A stretch of DNA of 63,984 nt, filler included, from Octopus bimaculoides (lineage: Eukaryota): the NCBI RefSeq assembly GCF_001194135.2. It is 5 parts of 5 records of this genome, joined end to end, with 100 filler letters (N's around TTAATTAATTAA, not from the genome) between each part and the next. Parts side by side here need not be neighbours in the genome. Positions count along the whole stretch, not along the records: positions 1 to 23,169 come from NC_068990.1; positions 23,270 to 50,300 come from NC_068998.1; 3 more parts are not named here. One strand, written 5' to 3'. Shown here in pieces: positions 12,676-24,075 of the stretch (positions are counted from its first letter, which is position 1; each line of letters starts with the position of its first letter). The position numbers and the translations under genes were made by a program. A model generated the notes under the pieces. The model did not search any database. It had not been told where the DNA came from and saw only the letters and a program-made list of their open reading frames with translations.

Positions 12676-13509
12676 AAAAATTCCTGAACGTCACATGGAG
12701 TGCCAAATAGCAAATGACGTAAATTAATATTGCCTGACACTAGATATCTTCCATGAAGTCAATGATTCGATAGGTTACCTCAGCTACGTTCATTAAAAAA
12801 AAAAAAAAACTGCAAGCATTTGAAAAATCGCAGTTGACGAAGGAATTAGTGAAGGCAACCACCACACATAATAAGCGATATAAAACAACACAATTTCTAT
12901 TCTCAGGGATATACAAATACAAGCATAGCGGAGGGTAAGAACTAATGACTTCTGTATTGTTATCAAATACAAACAAACTATAAACTTGGTATACACTGGT
13001 TGACTTGATAACAACATTTTCAGTCAATTTGGAAATGCTATCCAAATACACAGGAATGAAAATAGAGATTAAGAAAATCATAGATTTGCAAGTCACTCTG
13101 TACCGATTATAATAAGTAAGGGCATTGAGTGCAGTGCATACAAATGTAGTGTAAGAACAACATTGAAGAACAACCGATTTTATCCTTTGTGTTTAAATGT
13201 GTCGGGCTAATAAAATTACATATAAACATGCATGCAAACATAACGAGTCACACATGCGCAATAATAACGGTTTCTGTTACATAGGGACAAGACTTGACTG
13301 GTTAACACGGAAAGAGACACGAGGAAAGTGAGTGAAGCTTATGATTCATCTCAAATACGTTAGTGTATTAGCTTCAAGCGTGAAATGAAGAAGTGTTACT
13401 CTAAGATCGTTGCCCTGGACGTTCAACTGTAATGATTATTGTATATAAACACATTGCCCCGAATTATACGACAGTGTATATTAATCTTTAGATTATAAAA
13501 TTATTCCGC

Positions 13510-13790
13510 TTGCCAAGTTTAACTATAGAACGATTCGAAGACAATCAAAATATTTAGCAAAATAAAACAAATTTGAGAGTTGCACTTTCAAGATCTTTAA
13601 CTATGGAATAACGTTGAAGTCATAATTGAAATTTTTAGCAAAATTTAATAAATCGTTACACATTCAAGTTACTTAACTATGGAAGGAAATTAAAAAGACA
13701 ATTGTAAACCTTTAGCAAGATGAAACAAATTTGAGTGTTACACTTTCGAGATTCTTAACTATGAAGAAAAATTGAAGATATAAATGGGCT
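13510..13790. repeat. Diverged ~76-82 bp tandem repeat, about 3.5 units
   Basis: Recurring tttagcaa (13553, 13634, 13711) and aactat (13521, 13599, 13675, 13757). Confidence 0.75.
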
Positions 13791-14320
13791 TTTTTATAAA
13801 ATAATCTTTTCTACTCTAGGCACAAGGCCCGAAATTTTGGGGGAGGGGGAGAGTCGATTAGATCGACCCCAGTACGCAACTGCTACTTAATTTATCAACT
13901 CCGAAATGATGAAAAGCAAAGTCGACCTCGGAAGAATTTGAACTGAGAACGTAAATGCAAATTAATATGTATGTGTTTTAAAACAGAAATGAGAAAAATT
14001 ATAAAGTAGGGAATTTTTATGAGAGGCGTTAGTTAGTATTATGACACTAATAACATTAGAATTATGCTAATAGCGTAAGGAAAATAAGATGAATTTAAAC
14101 GAGAATTGCTCTGAACTGTGCCTATAGATGGCCTAGAAAACAATTTTTGTAACAATAGAATCCTCCTCCTTATGTTTGCTGTATCTATGTTATAGAAGCA
14201 ACAACCTATATAAATGGAATAAATATTCTAGTGTCCTAAAGCCTTCTGTCGGCAAATATAATGTTTTAAAAATCCACGTTTTTCATTAAGAAAAATGTGT
14301 TAAATTTGAACCCTCTGCAG

Positions 14321-14568
14321 ATGAACGAGCGCTTGGCAACCAAAACAACAGGAACAAGGAAAATGATGATGGCGAAAATGGCCCCCAAAACAACAGGAAC
14401 AAGGAGAAGGAGGAACAGGAGGAGGAGGAGGACGAGGAGGAGGACGAGGAGGAAGACGAGGAGGAGGAAGACGGGGAGGAGGACGACGATGACGACAATG
14501 AGGAGGATTTATTTGCAGGAGAAGGACAAACGAAGAGGAAATTACAAAAACAGATCCGTAATGTGTAA
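14321..14568 (+). CDS. Candidate terminal exon (or retro-fragment) encoding an acidic tract plus basic tail
   Basis: Acceptor ccctctgcag at 14320. The open frame reads DERALGNQNNRNKENDDGENGPQNNRNKEKEEQEEEEDEEEDEEEDEEEEDGEEDDDDDNEEDLFAGEGQTKRKLQKQIRNV-stop, and AATAAA follows near 14617. No upstream exon identified. Confidence 0.3.
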
Positions 14569-14699
14569 GGGTTTATAGTGTAATCAACTGAGATCAAAAG
14601 TATACACAGTATACAAATAAATAATTGTGGGGTCCCAACTGGAGCCAATGAAGAAACTCCACAAATACAGAATCACCCTGACCAGTAAAGCCGAGTTCC

Positions 14700-15200
14700 C
14701 TGTCACAATCCTCAGTCTCCGACCTTCAGACTCACGCTGAAAACTGACCCATTTTCGCCATCCTCTCCGCTATCACCGACCTTTTAACAATTTAATGGAT
14801 ACAAACACCTCTTACTCCATTTTCGCCTTCGTTTTCAAAGTCATTGACCTTAAAGGTAAATGTCTGTCCTCATTTATTTTTTTCGCTTCCACATTATATA
14901 ACCCACTTCCCTTTTGCCACCAGACAGAATAAAAACCTGCCTCTAACTCCCTGTTAAAGGAGGGATTCAGGCATTCTTCACGATGGTCTCCCATCGATAC
15001 CCGGATCCGTCCTACACACAACAACGGCTGTTCGACACAAATCCATTGGTCAATAATGCCCGGATACAGAATAGAAGATAATGAAGCATTAGCAAGAATA
15101 TCGTCTGCTGAAAAATGATATCTTGGTCGACGTTGCTTGGTATAAAGTTGTTGAACAAAGAGGATTAAATGATAATGTCGGATAGGATACGTTCTCATTA
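14700..15200 (-). mobile_element. L1/Tx1-like LINE ORF2 C-terminal remnant
   Basis: VEQPLLCVGRIRVS...PSFNRE aligns with VEQLLLCVGRICLL at 42.1 kb and APPPSLNREG at 62.15 kb. Confidence 0.7.
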
Positions 15201-16889
15201 TACCTAATTAGTTCCGGTAAAATTGTGTGTTTGCTAAGATATATTACTAGAAGTCCTACTCTTAAAAATAAAATTCTATGGTAATATTTGTACAGATAAA
15301 TTAGGTTTGCGTAGTGAATTACGGAAATAAATGTGTTTCAGGATTTGATTATTGCAAAAGATTTTGGAGCTTCATCTATTTGCTCATTAGTTCGTTAGAT
15401 TTTATGTTTGTTTTTCTATTGTGAGAAAGGTTTTGCCTTGAAGACCCACAACTGTGATTACTGTTTTCAGAAGATACGACAATTGATTGCAGTTTCTGTA
15501 GCTTGAAGTCTTAAACTTATTGTTGACTCTTGCTCCCGGAAACAAATATACACGTCATCTTAATCTCTTGTCTAAGGTTCCATATCACACTAGAACAGGC
15601 GCAAAAGTGCATAAGTTTCTGGCGTACACTACCCACGTATTTTCAAAAGGTATACTTAACGCTCAAAGTTAAGCAATCTTTATTGAAATGTAACAAGGTG
15701 CAAGAGCACGTTTTAAGAATATACAGACTTAGCGAAGTTTAGACGGAGACTGAGCTTTGGTAAAAAAAATCGAAGTTAAGCAATCCTCCTTTGATAGAAG
15801 CCAAGAACAAATGTTTGTGTTCTTTAACGTGATTGCGTGGTATGTACATCCGGTTATGTTCTGACTACTAAATGCAGAAACGGTAAGATCTTTTAAATGT
15901 AATAATGTGAACTGAAAAACATCGATTAACTGAAATTAGCTATATAAGTAAAACTTAAAATCTCCTTCTGCAGTTTAAAATCTAAAAGAAAAAAAAAAGC
16001 AATGAGCAAGGGAGGTAATTCTAATAAAATCAGTTCACTGCACTTTTCTAAAATACAAACGATGGAAATGGGAGTCGACTTGGATTTAAGAGCGAAGTGA
16101 TGAAAGTAACGCACATGTTTCGGTCTTATTAGATCTCTTCTATGGACCATATTCTTTCTACTTGAGAAGATCTAGAAGCGATCACTATGTATAAACTTAG
16201 TGGGAATGTAGAAATGTTGAGCATGAATATTGTCAACATGTCTGCGGCAAGGTCGCTGAATAAAAATAAATTATCACGACTTCTAATCTTTCCTTTTTTC
16301 TTTTCTTTCATTTTACATTTGGAATTTGCAACGCAGTAAAAAAATGTAAAATAACGCTTTAGTCATAGTATACCTCGAACAACATTATCAACCGTTCATC
16401 TATTGAAGTTAACGATGGAGCTACTACGTCTTTGTGAAACTTGCAAAAATAGCACCCGAATTTCCCTCAGATCACAACTGATCAGCATAAAATGAAGGAT
16501 ATGTTTGACAGAGAAGTTCTTTATATATAGAAAAACGGTGTTGTCACGGATGGAACTAATTTTATCATGGGTAACTGGGATTAAATAGCTGCAAAAATAA
16601 ACAGCATCATCATCTGTTAATATTTCTCATTTGTTTAAAGCGGCAAAATACGTTTTTTAGTTCAAATTCCGCCGAGATCAACGTTACATTTAATTCTTCG
16701 GAGGTTGATAAAATAAATACCAGTTGAACACTCGGGTCGATGTAATTGACTTACCTCCTGCCACAAAACAACTAGCCTTCTGCCAAAATTTGAAATCTAT
16801 ATTTCCATATATCACTTATTTGCATGACAACCGAATTGTCAAAATAGTTCACTTCGTAATCTTGAAGTCTTTGTTTCTGTCCCGCTGCG

Positions 16890-17090
16890 AGACATCACGT
16901 GCAAATGTCTTTTATCATAGCCTTCTGGATGTCTTTTATCATAGTCTTGATGGAAACTGTCCGGAAGCTCTTTGTTTGGACTGTACATGTAAGTTCGTGA
17001 TCTAACCATGCTATGTTATGCGTCAAGCTGACTCAAATTAAGAATGACGTCTCCTGTACATGAGCTCGCGGAATACTCAGCCAATCAAAT
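16890..17090. promoter_or_regulatory. Candidate enhancer/promoter motif cluster
   Basis: CACGTG at 16896, TGCGTCA at 17019, TGACTCA at 17029, TGACGTC at 17045 and AGCCAATCA near 17079, all within ~190 bp of non-repeat, CpG-retaining DNA. Confidence 0.3.
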
Positions 17091-17507
17091 TAGCAAGTAG
17101 AGAGTCCAGATGCTAATCCTTTAAATTAGTGATGGCATATATTTAAATATTTGATGGCATATATTTAAATGCATGTATATGTATGTAGATGGCTATACAC
17201 GTGAAAGTGTGTATGTGAGTAAATAAATTCTCTATTCCCATGTGATATAAGTAAGACTGAAATGGACAGACATAAAAACAGAAATACGATCTGTCCACAA
17301 TAAAGATAAGGGGGCGACAAGTAGAAAGGACTTATTCTCGCCGAGTTATATAAAAAAGACACACACACACGCAGATGCACATACAATGTACTGCTCACAA
17401 ATGCCCCTCACAGACATCATACACACACATCTGTGGTATTCAGCAGAATATTTACTGTAGCCCTTCTTTATTATTATTCTTATTACTATTATTGTTGTTG
17501 TTGTTGT

Positions 17508-17561
<54 letters not shown>

Positions 17562-17597
17562 CAGCAACAGCAGCAGCAACAGCAGCAGCAGCAGTTA

Positions 17598-17810
17598 AGG
17601 CGGTCAGCTGACAGAATCGTTAGCACGCCGGGTAAAAAGCTTAGTGGTATTTCGTCCGTCTTTAAGTTCTGAGTTCAAGCTCTGCCGAGGTCGACTTTAC
17701 CGTTCAACCTGACAGAGTTGATAAATTAAGTACCAGTGACACACTAAGGTCGATGTGATCGACTAGTCCCCTACCCCCACATTTCAGGCCTTGTGCCTTC
17801 AGCAGAAAGG
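17598..17810 (+). mobile_element. tRNA-derived SINE family A, near full length
   Basis: ggcggtcagctgacagaatcgttagc A-box head, gttctgagttcaa B-box and (ATT)n tail. Confidence 0.9.
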
Positions 17811-17832
17811 ATTATTATTATCATTATTATTA

Positions 17833-17879
<47 letters not shown>

Positions 17880-17985
17880 GTTGTTGTTGTTATTATTAGT
17901 TAATAAATCGTATGGTATATAATTCGTAGTTTGTCGGTAAAGCACGTTCACTCGCTCAGTGTTTGTTGGGTATTTGATTAATAAA

Positions 17986-18033
<48 letters not shown>

Positions 18034-18235
18034 GTAATTGTCCACGTATATGAATGCGACTGTACGTGTCTGTTTGTCTGGTTGTGTGTATGATGAGTGA
18101 TACAAAATACAAACGTTGCAATGAAATTTACATTAGCTATATAATTACTCCGCCTACTTGGTGTAATTTTCTCTAATAACTGTTAGATTTATTCTCTTCA
18201 AAAACAAGGTAACAATTATATATATGTATTTGTGT

Positions 18236-18298
<63 letters not shown>

Positions 18299-18313
18299 TA
18301 TATATCTATGTGT

Positions 18314-18545
18314 GGAGGCGCGTGACTTAGGGATTAGGCTGTTGCACAGATGATCGTAAAATTGTTATTTTGATTCCTAGATCAGGCAATGCGTAGTGTT
18401 CTTCAGTAAAATACGCCATTTTGCGTTGCACCTCTTCACACAGGTGATGAAAATGTGTAATTCTGTGACGGACTGGCGTCTTGACTACAGGGTGAATATA
18501 TACGCCACAGAATCCGGTAAAAAACGGCCATGTAAATCTGTGATT
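18314..18545 (+). mobile_element. tRNA-derived SINE family F
   Basis: ggaggcgcgtgacttag head; similar to 4640 and to 56290 (reverse). Confidence 0.7.
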
Positions 18546-18611
18546 CGAAAAGTACCTTTAATCCTTTGATACATAAACATACATAACTACATACATACAT
18601 ACATACATATT

Positions 18612-18870
18612 TTATATATTATTAATGGCAATTTTTGTCTGTCTGTTACCATCACGGTGCCTAAACCAGCAAACTAATATTCACGAAACTTTGCATACAT
18701 GTTGTACTAACATCCAGTTGGATAAAAGGCTAAATGGATTTCAATAAAACCCTATAATAGTCTTAAACAGAGTCAAGACTTGAAAAGGTTGCAAGACGCA
18801 ACGAAAATTTTAGGAAAATAAAAATAATAAGTGGAAATTTTACATTAGTCTGCCGGGTTCCGCTATACTT
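18612..18870 (+). mobile_element. Possible non-autonomous Helitron-like element
   Basis: TA-rich start, tgtctgtctgt motif near the 5' end, and a GC-rich ctgccgggttccgcta terminus resembling Helitron/Lep1-type ends. A similar start motif occurs at ~47045-46990 (-). Confidence 0.35.
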
Positions 18871-18890
18871 TAGAAGCGTACAAATTTACC

Positions 18891-18987
18891 ATTCTTAAAC
18901 AAGAATGTTGTTGACAGTGACTTCGAAATTTCGGTCAGTTAAGCTGACACTTCGAAGTCACTCTCAACAACATTCTTGTTTATGAAT
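18891..18987. other. Near-perfect 97-nt hairpin (pre-miRNA-like or mini-foldback)
   Basis: 37-bp arms with 2 mismatches, plus an inner gtcag/ctgac stem. Confidence 0.6.
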
Positions 18988-19598
18988 AATAAATATATAT
19001 ACGTACACGATGCACACGCACACAGAGATACCTAAACGCCTAGGTACACATACGTATATGCATGTGTCTAGGTACATATGGGTGTGGGCATTTGTGTTGG
19101 AGGGGTCGTTAATCTTCTTGGAAGATTTCCAGAAATCTGCCTCATATAAGGTTGTGACCTATGCCCTATACTATCAAAGCAGGTGTAAACCTGTTGAAAA
19201 GTCCCAACCATGGCGACAGGTGTTTCGTTGCGTAAGATTGCGGTTACATACCAGCAGAGACATATGGTCTGTCATTTTCGGTATAATTGTATATGTTCCG
19301 TTTATGTTGACGTTTCTTCGCAAGATGGCTTCTCGTCAAAGAAATGGCCCCTCTCGCAACAATATTGAAAATGAATATGCTTACACAAGGAACAATCTCA
19401 CCGACACACACACACGCACACGCAAAGACGACCCCACAATTTGTTGCTGAATCAACATGCACAAATGATATATTTATAGTGATGAAATGTTTGTGCTGTA
19501 TATGAGCTCACACGCTCTATTAAATTGGCATTGGCGGTGCAGGTGCACGGTATGTCACATGTCAGATATACGAGTGATCGCAGTTAGAGATACATACA

Positions 19599-19645
<47 letters not shown>

Positions 19646-19656
19646 GCATATGTGTG

Positions 19657-19716
<60 letters not shown>

Positions 19717-19820
19717 CATATCTTTTAGCTTGTTCCAACTTACTAGATACTATACGCTATAAATATGTACAGTATATAGTACATAGTATATGGTATGTAT
19801 ATATACTATGGAGAATTTAG

Positions 19821-20035
19821 GGCTGCGAGATGGCAGAATCGCTAGTACGCTGGACGAAATGCTTAGTGGTATTTCGTCTGCCGTTACGTTCTGGGTTCAA
19901 ATTCCGTCGAGGTTGATTTTGCCTTTCATCTTTTCGAGGTCGATTGAATAAGTACTAGTTACGCACCGGGGTCGATTTAATCGACTTAACCCTTTTGTCT
20001 ATCTTTTTTTAGCCCCCTGTGGGCAATAAAGAAAT
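19821..20035 (+). mobile_element. tRNA-derived SINE family A, long-tail variant
   Basis: Family A head and body, ending agccccctgtgggcaataaagaaat. Confidence 0.88.
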
Positions 20036-20051
20036 GTATATAGTATATAGT

Positions 20052-20105
<54 letters not shown>

Positions 20106-20339
20106 GAGATGAAATCTAACTGGCAAACAAGACATGATGTGCACTCGACAACTTAAATATTTATATTTCAGCAGTTAAAAATATCAATTTGAACAATTTA
20201 AAAGATTTCATAGATAACAACTACTCAGTTCTCAAATTTTAAGGATTGAATCTGTTGTGTGCTAACAATTATTTTGTAAGTGATGCCTGATACAGAAAAA
20301 TGAGCATTTGTAACGTATCAAAGATATGCTTTATGTGAC

Positions 20340-21010
20340 TCTATCGAAGGTCTTTATTTAAGTGCAAGTGAAAAGCAAATAACATCTCAGCGCCTTTAAA
20401 AAGACAAGGAACTTTCCTTATGCTCTGGCGGTAGCTCTTGACGATTTGTGGAGTTATATCTCCCGCCCCCTCAGTCGAGATAAGGCTTATAGGACCGTCA
20501 CGAAAACTGAAAATGGAGCAAGAATGCAATATGAACGGGAGCGTTATACACATCCAGTTTGGTGTCTCAGTGCATGGGACGACACAATATGAGGTTCATG
20601 ATGTGGGAAATTGTGTGGAGCTGATCTGTAACACAACAACACACAGATTGGTCCTACTATATATAGGAAAATGGAACACAAAGATCAGGACCAAGGACAT
20701 TAGTTAGTACAAGATTGACCCTTGGATCCCCGTCACAATTGCGACTCAGTACAGAATAATGGGAATCAAGAAAGTCAAGTAAGATATGTGATTGGTTGGG
20801 TATTTCGTGTACGTGCAGCTAATGACTCCTAAAGATCACAAAGCTTTCCAAGAGTCGTACACCATTTGGGTGCTAACTGGAAGGCAATGAGGCTTCTGCC
20901 CGGAAGAAAAGGAAAGGTAGATGAGGAAAGAAAGTTGTAGATAACAGCAAAAGTCGCATAACCACAATAATCCCCACAAAAAGAAACAAAATAACCCAGT
21001 TTCCTCAACA
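20340..21010 (+). mobile_element. Possible decayed LINE ORF1 (L1/Tx1 gag-like) remnant
   Basis: A single frame stays mostly open with scattered stops (…HRLVLLYIGKWNTKIRTKDI…IDPWIPVTIA…MTPKDHKAF…). Resemblance to Tx1-type ORF1 is weak and from memory only. Confidence 0.3.
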
Positions 21011-23269
21011 CCACTGGTTAGCTATTGAATCTAATCTTATTGAGTTTACATTCAACTTAAGATGGCTTTCCTCCAAAGACAACGCCCAACGCCCACCGAG
21101 AAAGGCAACTGAATGCAAATGTAAAGCTAACAAACAAAAACAAATTTAATTATATAGTGGGTCGTAAACTTTCGACGCGAAAAAAATAATGAGTTTTTGA
21201 CAGGCATCGGTGCCATTATCTCGAACATTTCCAGCGATACAGCTAAAACAAAAACTACAGATACAATGCATACGCACACCCACACTTCTCGAAATGAAAA
21301 AAATATTTATATTTTGACAGAAAATTATAGGAATCTTTTGTCCGCTGTGCTGCCAGAAAACAGAAACAGGTATTATACATGGATCACCTGGATGAGAAAA
21401 ATTTGTTGGACAGAATTTTGTAAACAGGAAGAGTGCATTCAGGCCAAAGCTCTTCCTCGTAGAGGTGAGAGAAGATGGTTTTAACTATGTCTGCCTCTTT
21501 AAAAGCATATCGAACTTTCCCGTGTATTAAAAAGAAAAGTAAATTTGGCTCTGGCCCTTGTATGGAGCGAATTGTCCTCTGTTGGTTACTCTTTACTCTT
21601 TTACTCTTTTACTTCTTTCAGTCATTTGACTGTGGCCATGCNNNNNNNNNNNNNNNNNNNNNNNNNNNNNNNNNNNNNNNNNNNNNNNNNNNNNNNNNNN
21701 NNNNNNNNNNNNNNNNNNNNNNNNNNNNNNNNNNNNNNNNNNNNNNNNNNNNNNNNNNNNNNNNNNNNNNNNNNNNNNNNNNNNNNNNNNNNNNNNNNNN
21801 NNNNNNNNNNNNNNNNNNNNNNNNNNNNNNNNNNNNNNNNNNNNNNNNNNNNNNNNNNNNNNNNNNNNNNNNNNNNNNNNNNNNNNNNNNNNNNNNNNNN
21901 NNNNNNNNNNNNNNNNNNNNNNNNNNNNNNNNNNNNNNNNNGGACCATGTGGTTGGTAAGCAAGCTACTTACCACACAGCCACCCCTGCGTTAGAGAAGA
22001 GTTTACCGTAATGTATGCTGAGATATAAAATAGGGGACTAGATAAAGAGGAAAACCGATCTGGGGTTTCAAACACCGAACAGTTTCTTTAGTACTACAAT
22101 ATAAAGGTCGGAATAAAACGAGATATTGAAAAGGGTGTTCAGTCTGATTATTATCATATTTGAAGCACGACATGGACAGGTGATTAGCGCAAAGGTACTC
22201 AGGAGCGAAATGTGGTTGGATACAATGTCAATGCACATACAGTTCCCAATTATATACCCACCACCACCACCATCGAGTCATGTTGAGGAGACAGAAGAAA
22301 TGGTCAAGAGACAGGTGGTGCATGACAGAATACCTTGTTGCAGCACATGTGACATTTAGGATTATTTAAGGACTTTCTGCTTGAGTGAGCGCGTAAGAGG
22401 CAGAGAAATGGAGATAAGCAGCAGCAGGACGATCTAAAGGCTGCTGTTTTTAAACCATCGCTATTCACATCTTCGACAAAGGCAGAAAGATAATCGACTT
22501 ATCTCCTCCACCGAAATTACTGGCTTTGTGCCAAACTTTGAAACCATTTTTACCTTCATCATCGTCATCATTTCAAAGTGAAATCAACTGGTTTCCCTAC
22601 CTGGGTATATTATCTATAAATGCATGTGGAAAATCATTATGCGAGGGTGTGCTGTCCGCTCGGTTGAAGCTAACATTAAAGCAAATATTTTAATATTAAC
22701 ATCGATTGATTAATATCAAATGTATATCCGCATAGCTTATCAATCACAGGTAAACTGATTGTAGGTATAATGTCTATTTTGATATGGTTCAAAATGACAG
22801 GTACACATTTGAATTTGATTGGTTGTTTTCACCAACAGTCTTTCAGAAATATGCAAGATAAGAGAGCATATATGCAAACAGAAAATAAAAATAGAATTAC
22901 AATCAATTGATTTCAAATGTGTATCCCTCATTTTGAATCATGTCAAATTATACATCACAATTTATATTCCATTCTTGATCACAATTGCCCGACGAACGGG
23001 AACGTGAAACTCGAGCAACAGTTTTTTTTTTGTGATATTTTTGTGATGTTATTGCAGCTTTAATAATAGAGAATATTGCTCTACCTCCGGTATTCGAGTA
23101 CTACTTTCCTCCCACTTTGTTTCACATTTATGTGCTTATTATACACACACACACACACACACACACATANNNNNNNNNNNNNNNNNNNNNNNNNNNNNNN
23201 NNNNNNNNNNNNNTTAATTAATTAANNNNNNNNNNNNNNNNNNNNNNNNNNNNNNNNNNNNNNNNNNNN

Positions 23270-23380
<111 letters not shown>

Positions 23381-23689
23381 GACATATATATATCTGTGTG
23401 TGCACATGTGTGTGCATGTGCATGCCTTTGTGTCTGTGTTTCACCTCAACCACTGCTTGACAACCAGTGTTGGTGTGTTTACATCCTCGTTACTCAGTTG
23501 TTCAGCAAAGTAGAAAGATAGCATAAATACCAGATTTTAAAAAAATATAATTACTGGGATCAATTCATTCGACTAAAAATTCTTCAAGGTGGTGCTCCAG
23601 CATGACTCCAGTCTAATGATGGAAACAAGTAAAAGATGTAAGATAAACAATACAAAAGGCCAAGTACAAGTGATCTGAGAGGATATGGC

Positions 23690-24075
23690 TAAGCATTTGA
23701 CAGTGGTGGTGCGGACGGTGGTGGTGATGATGATGGCGACGACAACAACAATGCTGATGATGACAGTAATGTTGGTGAGGATGACAATGAGGATGATGAT
23801 GATGGTGCTGACAGTGGTGATGATGATGATGACAATGACAACGACAAAGAAAATGATGCTGATGATGACCATAATGTTGGTTAGGGTGATAATGAGGATG
23901 ATGATGATCAAAAACAACAACAATGATGATGATGATGGTGGTGGTGGTGGTAACAGTGATGGTGCAGACAGTGGTGGTGATGATGATGATGACAACGATA
24001 ATTACAACGACGATGATGCTGATGATGGCAATAATGTTGGTGAGGACGATGATGATGATGATGATGATGATAAGA
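23690..24075. repeat. Compound GAT/GGT/GAC repeat with higher-order periodicity
   Basis: aatgttgg(t)gagg landmark recurs near 23767, 23874 and 24033. Confidence 0.8.

Noticed and set aside
12501-12740. Poly-D/E, poly-I and poly-S ORFs (similar cases at 17346, 28981, 62788 and 63378)
   Set aside because: Pure trinucleotide microsatellites adjoining SINE ends.
13284-13326. Plus-strand exon-like unit (GTRLDWLTRKETRG, AAA|gtgagt) upstream of the acidic frame
   Set aside because: Ends in phase 2, which gives immediate stops with both acceptors at 14291 and 14321; it cannot be linked.
17598-17680. tRNA-like A/B boxes here and in many other places
   Set aside because: These are SINE heads: no cloverleaf, and they continue into SINE body sequence. 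Not called as tRNA genes.
20790-20830. FRVRAAN motif suggesting a fibronectin type III domain
   Set aside because: Isolated 7-residue match flanked by stops, with no other FN3 hallmarks; it lies in a probable LINE remnant.
23214-23225. TTAATTAATTAA between N-runs (also at 50345, 53214 and 62092)
   Set aside because: Each sits in an identical 44N+12+44N block and places stops in all six frames. This is an assembly linker, not a biological repeat or CRISPR-like element.
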